Shown: piece after piece, positions 25,878 to 38,838 of the stretch
How the letters are laid out: the number at the start of each line of letters is the position of its first letter
How positions within the stretch are numbered: the stretch's first letter is position 1
Assembly: GCF_963676685.1 (NCBI RefSeq)
Contig: NC_092353.1
Location: forward strand, 24,552,001 to 24,616,000
Origin: Mytilus edulis
Taxonomy: Eukaryota
Direction of reading: 5' to 3'
DNA length: 64,000 nucleotides
Notes under the pieces: model-generated
The model's database searches: none
Told to the model about the DNA's origin: nothing
Seen by the model: the letters and a program-made list of their open reading frames with translations, nothing else
Program-made: the position numbers and the translations under genes

Positions 25878-26911
25878 AAATTGAGAATGGAAATGGGGAA
25901 TGTGTCAAAGAGACAACAACCCGACCATAGAGCTGACAATAGCCGACGGTCTTCAATGCAGCGAGAAACTCCCGCACCCGGAGCAGTCCTTCAGCTGACC
26001 CCTAGACAAATATGTTACTAATTCAGTTATAATGGACGTCATACTAAACTCCGAATTATACACAAGAAACTAAAATCAAAAATCACACAAGACTAACAAA
26101 GGCCAGAGGCTCCTGACTTGGGTAAGGCGCAAAAATGCGGCCGGGGGTTAAATATGCTTTTGAGATCTCAAACCCTCCTCCTATACCCCTAGCCAATGTA
26201 GAAAAAAAACAAACGCACAACTATACGCATAGTAAAACTCATTTCAAGAGAAGCCCGAGAAGTCCGATGTCAGAATAGGTAACAAAAGAAACTACACAAA
26301 ATGACAATAATACATATTAACAAAGAACTACTAGCAGTTACTGACATGCCAGCTCCGGACCTCAATTGAACTGATTAAAGATTATGTCTTCATCATATGA
26401 ATATCAAGCACAATCCCTCTCGTTAGGGGTTTAGTATTATACCATCATAAAATATATGAGAAGAACATAATCCGTGTCATGCCAACAACTGCTTTTAGAA
26501 TAAATATGTTTAATTCAGATGCAAAGACCCTATAAGTGAATCAATATTAAAGCCAAAATAATCAATCTTTAAGACCTGACAACAGTATCGTAACTATATC
26601 CCCTCTTAATAAGTCTGGTCAAAGGTTTTGTTAGTTTATGAGGTGGATACTGACATTTTTGTGCTTTGTAAAGAATATCACCATAAAAGATTGGATGTGA
26701 AATACCTGAACGTATAAGGTGCCTACATATTGAGTTATATTTACAAATAATGTCCTTGTTACCGATTATAAAATTTAGTAAATGTTTTGACTAGTTTGTG
26801 ATAACGAAAAACCTGGTGTAATCATTTTTCAGTTATTCATAAATTTCTTTTGCTAAAATCTAAAACGGTGTTACAAGCACGAGCGAATCGTACAAGTTGA
26901 GATATATAAAC
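25878..26911 (-). pseudogene. 5'-truncated PLE (Naiad-like, family B): RT C-terminus plus 3' non-coding end
   Basis: Minus strand translates (with stops and frameshifts) VYISQLVRFARACNTVLDFSKRNL*ITEK*LHQ..RYHKLVKTFTKFY...IRSGISHPIFYGDILYKAQKC. This is homologous to YGVYISQLIRYSRTC...KLKSSLRKFY of the element at 44978-61531. Confidence 0.75.
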
Positions 26912-28782
26912 TCATATAGTTTTTTCACTGTTTTTTTTTTAAACAAAACTTGCAGGAATGTTGACCCCCCCCCCCTTTCCAACCTCACCCAAAACTATTT
27001 GAATTAAGTTTTTTTTTATCCTTCATTGAATTTTTTATGTCATCCCTAATGATATAGGTATTAAAATCCAGGAAAGGGCAGGAAAGGAATGTGCTTGTGC
27101 CAAATCATGAACTGTATATTCGCTATTGTCAGTCATAGTTGTCTCTCATGATCATTTACTGATATTGTGAACAGGATTATTTCTTTTTAATTCATGTAAT
27201 AAACACTCTTTAAATAATTGTTGCTTGTATGCAAAACTTCTACTTTAAAGAAACGATATATTAAAAGCTGGTAAATATTATCCTAAATTTCTTCGGGCTG
27301 AAATGAAGTTGTACTTTTTATTTTACTTATGAAGATGACAAGTAAGGGTTAACTAAACGGTCTTTTGATTTTATAAAAAAAGTTCAAAAAATACAAGGTA
27401 CGCTAGACGGGTTTTTTGTCTACAGAAGAACTAAATAGCACTCAAATCAATTACAACACTGCAAAACAAGGAAGATAGAGATATATTGCAAATGCAGTCG
27501 CATAAACATTAAAAAAAACATTCAAATAAAACAACGAAAGCAGCCGTGTGCATTTAATTTCGTCACGCTCCATACATGCCTTTAAATGTTTATGCGACTG
27601 CATTTGCAACAAGTAGTTGCTTACATGCCTGACATGTATGGAAATTATGATGTATGTATACTATGTCTGTCCATGGAATGAAATTTTAATCTTCATGATT
27701 AAGTATACAGGAAAAATGACAACTTTATTAAATTACAAAGATAACATAAATGGTGACTATGGAGAATTGCTGCTAAAGGTGGTCATACTATAGATAAAGC
27801 TGTTCGGATATCACATTCCATTGTTACATTGTAAATTGATACTGGAATCAAAACATTTGAAACGCAAAATGAGATAAATAGTTCAAGAAAATTATAAATC
27901 TTAATACGTCTAATGCTACCTATGTTTTGAAAAAAAAACCTTTATAAATCATAACATTAAAGTTTTTTTTTTTTAAGAAAGCAATTTGTATATTTTTTAT
28001 GTTTTAGTTAAAATATTGAAAAATAGTTAATAGCTTATGTCCTTACACATTTACAAATTGAAAGTAGACAAACGTAAAAGGAAATTCAGAACCCAAAAGA
28101 TTAATGCTTCTGTGAAGTTGGTCTACATATTCAGATAGGATGTTAGTAAGAACAACCTTCAGAAAAATGACACATATAAATGTACCTTGATTAGTGAAAT
28201 AATTTGTACTGCCACGTCTCTGTTCTGAATAAATAAAAAAAACTTACAACTCAGACCATGGTACATCATAACTTACAAATCTTTTTTATAAGTATGATAT
28301 TTAGTCTTTTCATTCACGGGTGGAAGTGGATTGTATGTGAATGTACACGATGGAAAGTTACCACAAATGACTTTCAATATTAGTTTACCGGATTAATTCT
28401 TAGGTAAATTTGACTGGAAGAGAAGTAAGTATTCTGATCAACAATTTTACAAATGTTACCATATCGACTTCTGCCAAAAAAATACAAAATTACATGATTC
28501 CAAATTATATTTTATCGATCATATGCATATTTCGAAAATTTATGTCTCGTCAGTAGTGCTTGAAACATGATAAGGAAATCCTAGACTTTCTACAGTTTAA
28601 ACCGACAAAAGACACAAGATAGCAGGAGGACAAATTGTTGTCCATTTTTTAAAGTCAACTTAAATGTTGTAAATATGAAATAAAACATATTATAATACAA
28701 TATCAAATATCTATTGTAGATGTAGATTTCAAAAAACCCGCAATAAGTCATATGGCGTTTGTTTTGCTGGTCATGCTTTATT

Positions 28783-29090
28783 TAAGGAATGACTGTAATA
28801 TTTTTTCTGTCTATGAAGAAATAACATAAAATATTTGGTGCACACTGAATAACGCGCGTAGCGGGTTATTTAACAGTGTGCACCACATTTTTTTTATGTT
28901 ATTTCGAATAGACAGCAAAAATATTACAGTCATTTCTTATAATTTAATTCTAAATTCCATTTTAAACCGTAGAAAACCATGAAAAAACGTTGATGACGTC
29001 ACGGTCACATGACTAAATTATGTCTATCGGCTCATAACAAAATAACGTCAGCCAATCAGAAGACGCGTTACATCCAAAATTAAATTATAT
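28783..29090. mobile_element. Foldback non-autonomous element with ~70-bp hairpin arms (Crypton-like)
   Basis: taaggaatgactgtaatattttttctgtcta...tggtgcacactg pairs with cagtgtgcacca...tagacagcaaaaatattacagtcatttctta (28783-28939). Confidence 0.55.
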
Positions 29091-29802
29091 ATATTTAACA
29101 TTAAAAATTGCATCTTGGCCGATATAACATTTAATACTGTCTCCTCAAAATTTGGTTCGAACTAAATTATTTCCGACTAAAATTTATACCAATACAAAAC
29201 TTATTTTTAAAGATTTTAGATAAACATTCAATTTTAATGAATCACTTGAAATATTATGAATTTACTGTTTTTATTGTGAGATAGGCTTGTATAAAGCATT
29301 TAAAAAAAAGTCTGGGTTGCAGGGATGGGTGTTCTCATCCTGTTGATGCACTAGATCACAATCAAGTTAATGTAATTACGATTGACCATAGTGTGTGTAC
29401 ATGTAAGTTGAATGTGGATTTGACATAACTCTACTTTAAAGGCTATTTCCCCACGTTATTTTCGAATGATCTATATACCAAAAAGAAATGCACTAATAAC
29501 ACTCTGTCTGTCTTGTCATTCAGGAATTTCCGTTATGTGAAACTCTTTATTTCATATTTGGTCAACCAACTGTATCGATTTGAGTGCCACTGATGACACT
29601 AATGTAGATGAAACCCACGTCTTGCGAACAAGACTATTATATTTTAAAACGAAGAATAACGACATTGAATTTCGTCGTATCAAAATTAATATGTTCGTTG
29701 TAACCAACTGTTAGTATTTATATAGCTCTGAAATATGCAACTAACATTGTGTTTCATTTTCATTATTTCATTTGCTTTGCATGAGCATGTGTGGTATGAA
29801 AT

Positions 29803-30075
29803 TAGTTATCAAAGGTATCAGGATTATAATTTAGCACGCCAGACGCGCGTTTCGTCTACATAAGACTCATCAGTGACGCTCATATCAAAATATTTATAAA
29901 GCCAAACAAGTACAAAGTTGAAGAACATTGAGAATCCAAAATTCCAAAAAGTGGTGCCAAATACGGCTAAGGTAATCAATCTATGCCTGGGATAAGAAAA
30001 TCCTTTCGAAAAATTCAAAGTTTTGTAAACAGGAAATTTAATAAAATGACCACATTATGAATATTCATGTCAACA
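29803..30075 (-). mobile_element. Retrozyme-like repeat carrying an intact type I hammerhead
   Basis: Same family as 24528-25110 and 33385-33560. Ends ~180 bp upstream of the paralogue 2 ATG. Confidence 0.75.
29836..29879 (-). ncRNA. Type I hammerhead ribozyme
   Basis: Minus strand: gcgtca CTGATGA gtct-tatgt-agac GAAA cgcgc GTC tggcgt. Stem I gcgtca/tggcgt, stem II, palindromic stem III and the GUC cleavage triplet are all intact. Confidence 0.88.
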
Positions 30076-30253
30076 TGAAAAAGTTGAATGCAAAGAAAAT
30101 AGTTTTATGGTTTTACCAATAGCCAGTAAATGTTTTATTTATTTTGCCGTATTATGATTAGAAATTTGGCAAAGAACTCGAAATATATTTTTTAATCTTG
30201 GCCAAGTTTTAGCTTGTGTGTAACAGATTGGACTACTGTGTATAATCTCCGTC

Positions 30254-33200
30254 ATGCATTTTGATGATTTGTTAAAAGTCCTTGGAGAACTTGGACGATA
30301 CCAACAGATTCGTTTGTTTTATATATATTTGGTAGCTATAGTATGTGCCTTCCATGCCATGAATATGGTATTTGTCAGCGCCAAACCAGACTATAAATGC
30401 CACGTTTCAAAAGCGAACGTTTCTCATCGGATTTTCGGTAATACAACAGAGAAAGACTTTCAAGACTTTCTACAGAGCGCTGGAAAATGTGAAATCTATG
30501 ATGAAAAAATGGTATCAAAACTTATTTCATCTGGAAAGTATACGTTAAATGATATCATAACGAAGAATGTCACTGTACCAAAGAATAAATGTACAGAGTG
30601 GGATTATTCAAGAGAAGTGTATGGACCAACTATTGTTACACAGGTATGTACAGGATAATAAATGATTTTTTTTGTGTTGACCATATCGGCAACCAAGAGT
30701 CAGTAGGATGACGTATGTATTTTGAGAAACATACCAATTTGGAAGTGAATCATCTACTTAAGTTAAAATTTTAATAGTATATCTTATTCGATTACCATCA
30801 TACTGAACAAAATATATATATACTACTAGTATATATAGTTATTACAATATCTGTTAACTCTTGTGTTTCTTTTGTCTTTTTTACCATACGTGAAAACATA
30901 TTTTCCTCGGACTTTCATCATGTATTGCAAAAAATAAAACAAAACAGTTGAATAGCGCTGAATGTTTTCACGATGCTATTCTTTGAAATCAAAACAGAAT
31001 TTTACGTTCTCACCAAAAACCAGTGTTCCCTTTAGTTGTACGCATGCCTTTATTATGAACTCTATAGGCTTCTTTCAATATTAAGCAGTGATATTTTCCA
31101 TATAAGAATATTGTGTCTGTGCGTATATAATGACATAAAGATAAATCCGTTTTGTGCCAAAATAAATTACGATAATAATATTAACTTTACTATTTTCGGT
31201 TAAAAGATAACGCTATAATTAGTTGGGATCGCCTAAATTTCCATTGATATATTTACGGTCATCTCGATTTATACGGGTAAAATTTAGTGGTTTTGCGACA
31301 ATGGAACTGCAACAAAACGATACAAAAAGCCAAAAGACATCTCAAGTTATCAGTAAAAGATTTTTGATTTGTTTTATTGTCTATATAGTAGGTCCAGATC
31401 CGAATCATTCTGAATGTATAAAAGTATCAACCAAATTTAACATAATTCAATAAAACATCAACCAAAAAGCAGGATCAAACATCATCCAGAGGTTAACTAG
31501 CTAAAATAAGTACTAAAATTTCCGATGAATGATACAACAGCACTATTCTGGCTGCAAGCTTAAAAAAAATTCTCATTAAGAAATATTTAAATAATTATCT
31601 GAAAGACACTCTATGTCTTTAATTTGTGCTCATACGCTCGTTCAAATAGAACATTTTAATCTACCATATACATATATGATATATATGGGTATATGCTTTG
31701 ATTTAATTTACAGTTTGACTTGGTATGTGACAAAGACTGGTTGCGTAGTACATCTAAGACTTTGTATTTCTTCGGCCGATTGGTTGGAGCTGTATGTTTT
31801 GGTCAGTTGTCAGACATGTAAGAACTCACATTTAATTTTTTGCAAGATTATTGTTCGTTATTCTGTTTTGAAGGTACATAAAACATGTATGAAAAGAAAG
31901 AACAATAGGAACATATGGGCACCTTTGTTTTCTCTCTGATCATGCAGATGTATGTTGTAAAAATCATACTTTTGTATTTACGTAAAACAATTAATATATA
32001 TGGCACTTTTTATGCATTCGTGATTGTAACATTTTCCAGAAAAATACAAAGATAAAAAAAATTAAAACATCGAGAAGTTTTTAAGAAATTATGGGAAACC
32101 TCTGTTCTTTCATTTGCCTCTTTGTTCATATATATTTGTGCAGTAACAGATGGTAAAACTAAGTGTGGTCTTACTAATTTCTAACAATTAATAAATATAT
32201 TTGCTTGAATATTATTTCAGAGTTGGAAGAAAACCAACCTTTTTTGCCTGCCTTCTGATGTTATTAATTGTTGGTTGTGTCGCCTCAGCAGCACCGAATT
32301 TCTACGTCTTTATCCCGTTCTATATTTTACAAGGTGCAGCACAAACCGGATTGTTTCTTGTGATATTCATAATGGGTAAGAAAATTGTTGAAGAGAAATC
32401 AAAGTATACCAAGAGCAATATAATTTATTAGATTGGCTTTAATAATTTGAATTAGCTATGCCGACACTGTTTGATTTATTGATGTTCGTTTAATGCACAT
32501 TTCATGATCATGATCGTAATAACACTATCACGTATTTCTGGATAGACTTGGAACTAGAGGTTTATATAAATGTTAAGTAATACAGTATATATATTTTAAT
32601 TGTACCAAAACAATATCGATGTTAGTATCAACAATATGTCTGTGCGAATCTGAAATACCAATCTAGAAAAAGGCAACGTTTGGTTTTAATATTCACTTTC
32701 TTCAAGGTAAATTCAATCCTTTCGAATTCTTGCTTATTTATAGTACCAATGTCGTTAAGACTGTGATATTCTTTATTAAAGTGATCAATCAAATGGAACC
32801 TAGATGGCTATTTACTTACTTTGTATTCTTGTTGGTGGTATGTCAGTTCTATGATGACGAATCTCATTTCCGAGCTGACTTTTATCATTCTGAAATACTC
32901 ATTGATATTTAGCATATAACATTAAATTATTCCTATTCATTTACAGGTACTGAGTTGGTTGGTCCATCTTATCGTATGTTTGCAGGGTTTGTGATCCACG
33001 CTTTTTACGCTATTGGTTATATGACATTAGCAGGTCTATCATATGGCATCGGCAATTGGAGATATATTGAATTGGTTATAACAATTCCGGTGGTGTTATT
33101 TGTGCCTTATATTTGGTAAAATATTATCGGAAACGAAAACAAATTTGATTGAGTGAAATTTCATTTCATTCGAAATGTTTAAAATGTATTCTGTGTGATA

Positions 33201-36200
33201 GTATAACAAAATGTAAAAGTCCTTTTCTAGTATTTACATGTTTACAATTACTATTGGTAAACTTAGTTGATCGAGTTATAAAATTACCACGTAATCTTCT
33301 GCAAGTAACTGATATATTTTATCACACTTAATACGTGTGCTCTGTGATTTCATATTGACCAGAAAAAGAAACCTATACAATTGTAGTAAATAAACTTATC
33401 ATAGATATCAGGATAAAATTTGTGTTTACACCAGACGCGTGTTTCGTCTACAAAAGACTCATCAGTGACGCTCGAATCCAAAAAAGTTAAAAAGGCAAAA
33501 TAAAGTACGAATTTGAAGAGCATTGAGGATCAAAATATTTTAAAGGCTTTGCCAAAATTATTAGTAGCGAGCTGTAGATTTCAGCTATCCATGCTTATTG
33601 GGAGGGAAAACAAGTGTTGATTACAATATATTTAAAAGTATATTAATAGAATAATAGAATAACAGTATTCTTATAAACTAAACAAGTGATAAACTGTTTA
33701 CATTATTGGTGTTCGGTTATGCTGTATACATTATTGGTGTTCGGTTATGCTGTAAACATTATTGGTGTTCGGTTATGCTGTATACATTATTGGTGTTCTG
33801 TTATGCTGTATACAGTTTTGATGATTAGGAACTGCTGTGGACATTAATGATGATCAGGAACTGATGTATACAATATTGAGGATCGAGAACTGTTGTTTAC
33901 AGTATGGATAATCGGGAACTGACCACCAAATGTTAAAGTATATTTACAGCAAATTATGATACTTTTTTAAAGGCTGTTACCTGAGTCAATTAGATGGTTG
34001 TTATCAAACCACAAAGAGGAAGAGGCAAAACGTATAATTCGAAAAGTAGCTGCGGCAAATCACGTAGAGATAAGCGAGGAGTTACTAGAAGACTTAACAA
34101 AGCTAGATGAAAAGTCAGAAACAGAAACGAAAGGTCGTCAATATACTATTATCGACTTATGTCGACCTGGGATTATATGTTTATCTCTAAATGTATGGTT
34201 TAATTGGTAAGTTGCTATTTGCAGCATGCATATAATCATTTTGTAAAGACACATGTATTTTGGGAAAGATATTTTCTATCGACTAAAATTGCAATCAGCA
34301 TAGATTGGTGTTTATGCCTTTCTAATTTTTGGTCTAAAGTGTACCAACAGATCTGTTTGTTATTTCTAAAGGTCAAGGTGACAGACAAGTGTATCCAACG
34401 TCTTAAATTAATAACTACTACCACTGAATCAACACTGCTGTTGGTGGATATTTAGTACATGAGAGTAAATTGTGTGATTAAGATTATAAAAAAGAGAAAT
34501 TTTCTTTGATTTCAGGCTTGTAAATGCCATGCTGTACTATGGACTGTCTCTAGGTACAGGTAATCTAGGAGGTGATCCCTACATTAACTTTTGTATAGCT
34601 GGTGCAGTAGAGATACCTGCCTGCATTATGTGTATCTTAATATTAAATCCATTAGGGAGAAGGAGACCATTATGTGTCATCATGGTCATAGGAGGGGCTG
34701 CGTGTATAGCGACCGGTTTCATTGGTAAGTCATTTTGTCATAACTAAGTGTAGTTTAAAATTCCATAATAAGTCTATATCAGATCTTAAATTAAGTGTGC
34801 GTTAGATAATATTCAATCAGAAAGGCAAAGAAATACAGTGAATGGACGTAGATGAAACAACAAATGCATGAATTCGTAATAACTAATTTTCAACAAAAAC
34901 CAGACAAAAACAACCATTTTTTAAGTACACACTGTTTAATCAATATTGTTGTATCGTCATATTCAAAATATCGCGTCAATAACGTTGACATTGTATGAAC
35001 TCTTATTTATTGTTTACAACGTTGAGATCGTTAACATAAAAAATTCAACCAATACTACTTTAGGAATTTTAAATGTAGATAAAAAATTAAAAATAACGTC
35101 ATAAAGATAGTTACAAAAGAGGGACGAAAGATACCAAAGGGACAGTCAAACTCATAAATCTAAAACAAACTGACAACGCCATTGCTAAAAATGAAAAAGA
35201 CTTACAAACAATTTATACATGCTACAAAAGAAGAAAAGATGAAGATTTGTGAACTATGTATTGATAACGTTCTGTCACTCAATAGCTGACATATCTAAGA
35301 GTGAGGACATATGAATAATCCCGGTGATTTTGACATTAACATATACTACCGAACCTAAATAGGGTCTGTTTTAATCTGGTAATTATACTGATGGGATACT
35401 TCAAATTTAAGTTTTTGACACAAATTGGGAAGTTAGTGGTTTTTATTGTCGTTTTGTCATTTCTCAATACACTCTTCCAAATCGTATCTCAAAGTTGTCT
35501 GACTTGCGTGCATGTTCCCTTTATACGAACTAAATTAACATTGATGATCTCATCACTTAAAAAAACTCCTTCAAAAGGCTATTGAGGAAAAATCGCTTTT
35601 ATTGATGCAACACAAGTTAAACAGCCAAAACAAGACTTGGTTTAACAACACGATCTTTCTGTCTGTGTCCTGAATCCCAAGAATCATGTTCTCACGGTTT
35701 GAAAAATGAGTTAGTCACTTCCTTAGTCTGATCGGTACATTTACAATTTTTGTAAAATTTACAATGCAAAAATGTTTACCGAGTTGTGACATGGGCGACA
35801 CCACGGGTGCCAGTATTCGTTCAGGATCTACTAACTCTTGTTGGGCATCTGATATTCTCAGGTTCGGGTTGCATAGTCTTTAGTTTTCTTTGCAGCGTTT
35901 TGTTATCTTGTTTGTCTTTTCTACGTCTATCGTCTTTCGTAATGGCGTTGTCAGTTTCTTTTTGATTTATGAGTTATGAATATTCATTGAGAATATTACA
36001 CTTCTCTGATTGTTGTTATATAAACTTTTATGTTTGATAAATATAAACTTGCACATCCAACTCTCAAAAAGAACAAAAGTTACATTTTTGGCATAGCAGA
36101 TATTTTTGTCATACAAACGTCAGATATACATATATGTCCCTGTATTGGAAACACAATGAATTCAAAAGAAGTCATTCACTTAAACGAGTGCAGCAATCAT

Positions 36201-38838
36201 AGTAAACTCGCATTAAAAAAAAGTTTGAACAATTGGAAATAATTATACTTCAGAATTGATTCCACTGAAAATAACCTTAGCGATGATAGGAAAGTTTTGT
36301 ATAACATCATCATACACTATCATATATTTGATGGCAGCAGAAGTGTTTCCCACAGTTGTCAGGTAAATAATTTTCCAAATTTCTTACACAATGTTTATGC
36401 TACATCAATTTAATAAAATTGAGAATGGAAATGGGGAATGTGCCAAAGAGACAACAACCCGACCATAGAAAAAAAACAACAACAGAAGGTCACCAACAGG
36501 TCTTCAATGTAGCGAGAAATTCCCGAACCCGGAGGCGTCCTTCAGCTGGACCCTAAACAAATATATACTAGTTCAGTGATAATGAACGCCATACTAATTT
36601 CCAAATTGTACACAAGAAACTAAAATTAAAATAATACAAGACTAACAAAGGCCAGAGGCTCCTGACTTGGGACAGGTGCAAAAATGCGGCGGGGTTAAAC
36701 ATGTTTGAGATCTCAACCCTCCCCCTATACCCCTAGCCAATGTAGAAAAGTTAACGCATAACAATACGCACATTAAAATTCAGTTCAAGAGAAGTCCGAG
36801 TCTGATGTCAGAAGATGTAACCAAAGAAAACTTGATAATTAAGTAATCTTTGAAATATACTGGTTATCAATTAAAAAAAACTATTCATACAAAAGACGTG
36901 AATATACATGAAAGTCGCTTAATTGTATTAAAGCAGAGAGCCTGGTCAATAACTTCGTTACTTCTAGGTGGCTCATCATAGTTCAGGTATGAGGTTTTAA
37001 AAAGGAGTGACCCTACAATTGCAGGACATTTTGTCATGCGAAAGTGGTTTGGCTAAACATTACGGAGCATGATCGAAAAAAAGAAGAATACTTAATTGCT
37101 CATTCCCTCATATTGTCCTTGCATGAGATTTAATGTTTTAGGCCAATGTCCTCTTATTGGCTTTGACTTAAGTATATGTACTTAAAGGGGCACCAGCGAC
37201 GAGATATGAAAAAAATAGAACGTGATTTTGTTTGGTTCAATCATTTATAAAAGTGAAATAATGCAACAATAATTGTCTTTTAGCAGCAAATTTGGTTCAA
37301 TTTTGTCTAAATACATACCTGGTGAATTATTCGACCTCATTGAATTCGAATTCATATGACATGCAATTCGATTGTATAGATTGGTTATGCATGAATTAGT
37401 CGTGTTCAGTTATTAAAAATAAAATAATGTCAACATTGAAAGTGAAACAAAAAAAAGTTGAATCATTTCATTGACCGACTCGATTCACCAAAAACAGTTC
37501 GATAGAGGTCAAAACAATAATTATTTTTTGTTTTTAGACTATAACATGAAATCAAACAGACCAAGAAAATCTAATTGCACGAGGTCGCCGATCTATCTAT
37601 ATGTATGATTATGTTTATGTCAGGTAACATCGGCAGATTAGATGGTGTCTACACTGATATACGCATGAAATTATGACATATATTATCGAGCACATTCATT
37701 GTTAACTGTTAATTTCGGGCTGAATGTTATTTGGATATACGTTTTAGTATGTTATTAATCAAATATGAGAATTTGAGTCACATCGGTGAACATGAATTTG
37801 ATAGCAAGTGCCCCTTTTTAAGATTGACATACAAGTTTTAAATATATTGCATGTATTGCATTAATCGAATTATATCATTTATTATTAAATCATTTTGAAT
37901 GTAGAAACATTGGTATTGGAGTGTCTTCAATGTGTGCCAGGATAGGTGGAATGTTAGCTCCACAAATTCTAGAACTCAACAGAATTTGGGGACCGCTACC
38001 TTTAATAGTTTTTGGGGGCTTGGCTATTTTCTCTGGTGCTTTAGCCTTGTTACTGCCTGAAACATCAGGAAAGCCTTTACCTCAGACTTTAGAAGATGTT
38101 ATTGGTACTGAAAAGAGGTAATTCATTATACTAGGTTTTAGTTTTGTTACTTAATTAATAACTCTTCGACTAGTTATCCTCGTCGGATACCCTGGCGTTT
38201 AACATAATTAAGGACAGTCATATACCCTGTCATATATACACAGCAATGCTATATCTTTAAATGTGTGTTAGTGTTTTCGGCATTATATGCCAAGTTGACC
38301 AACTCAAATGTATATTGTAATACAACTTTGGCCAGCACTCTCTAAGGAAATAAATAAAACATTTGTTCCATGTGGCTTTGGTGTTTCTAGTGCAAATATT
38401 TGGTAAACAACGACATTGGATACATATTAGTTCCAGATGTCGGATTGATCAAATTTCCGTATCCTAAACATAAATTTCGGGGCCATTTATAGATTGCTAC
38501 GTGGTATGAGTTTTGCTCATTATAGAAGACTGGATGAATATCTCTTTGCTAACCATCTACGTTATTTGATTTTTTGAAGGAGAATTCTCTCACTGCCGCT
38601 TATACTACATTTTCATATTTTTATAAAACTTGACTTAAAAAATCGGCGTATCAAACTATTTTCCAAAAACATATATCTGTTTCATCCAATACAATTTTGT
38701 ACAATATTGACTATTGAATGTACATGTCACATTGTTTTAATGTTGGTTAATAATGAATAATGTTGATACAATATATACTATATATGTTTTTACAGAAATG
38801 CTAAGTATAGAGGAATAAAAATGAAAGATTGTTCTTAG
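30254..38838 (+). CDS. SLC22-family (Orct/OCTN-like) MFS transporter, paralogue 2, 541 aa; join(30254..30643,31714..31817,32221..32375,32947..33115,33973..34206,34516..34724,36254..36362,37905..38117,38796..38838)
   Basis: Exon 1-8 lengths match paralogue 1 (390/104/155/169/234/209/109/213), with GT-AG introns and an open frame. The last exon RNAKYRGIKMKDCS* aligns with RKVAEKGIDMTVCSP of paralogue 1; this exon is less certain. Confidence 0.9.
33428..33471 (-). ncRNA. Type I hammerhead ribozyme in a retrozyme-like repeat (~33385-33560), antisense in intron 4 of paralogue 2
   Basis: Minus strand: gcgtca CTGATGA gtct-tttgt-agac GAAA cacgc GTC tggtgt. Confidence 0.82.
33700..33920. repeat. Two adjacent minisatellites (4 x 28 bp homogeneous; ~4 x 28-29 bp diverged)
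   Basis: acattattggtgttcggttatgctgtat x4, followed by diverged gatgatcaggaactg...tac units. Confidence 0.8.
35790..35975 (+). repeat. Diverged 3'-end copy of PLE family A
   Basis: acaccacgggtgcc...caggatct...atggcgttgtcagttt...gatttatgagtt matches 61310-61505. Confidence 0.6.
36414..36830 (-). repeat. 3'-end copy of PLE family B
   Basis: High similarity to 25878-26290. Confidence 0.75.
37186..37815 (+). mobile_element. TTAA-type (Kolobok-like) MITE
   Basis: ttaa|aggggcaccagc ... gcaagtgcccct|tttt. Same family as 1-361. Confidence 0.6.

Noticed and set aside
26820-26845. In-frame TGA codons in the PLE family B RT, suggesting selenocysteine as reported for some Naiads
   Set aside because: The copy also has frameshifts, and one TGA sits at a Leu-aligned position (KLL). 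No SECIS was recognised, so decay is the simpler explanation.
29824-30018. 64-aa ORF upstream of paralogue 2
   Set aside because: Chance frame through the hammerhead repeat.
31613-31939. 108-aa ORF
   Set aside because: Alternative frame overlapping true exon 2 (31714-31817) of paralogue 2.
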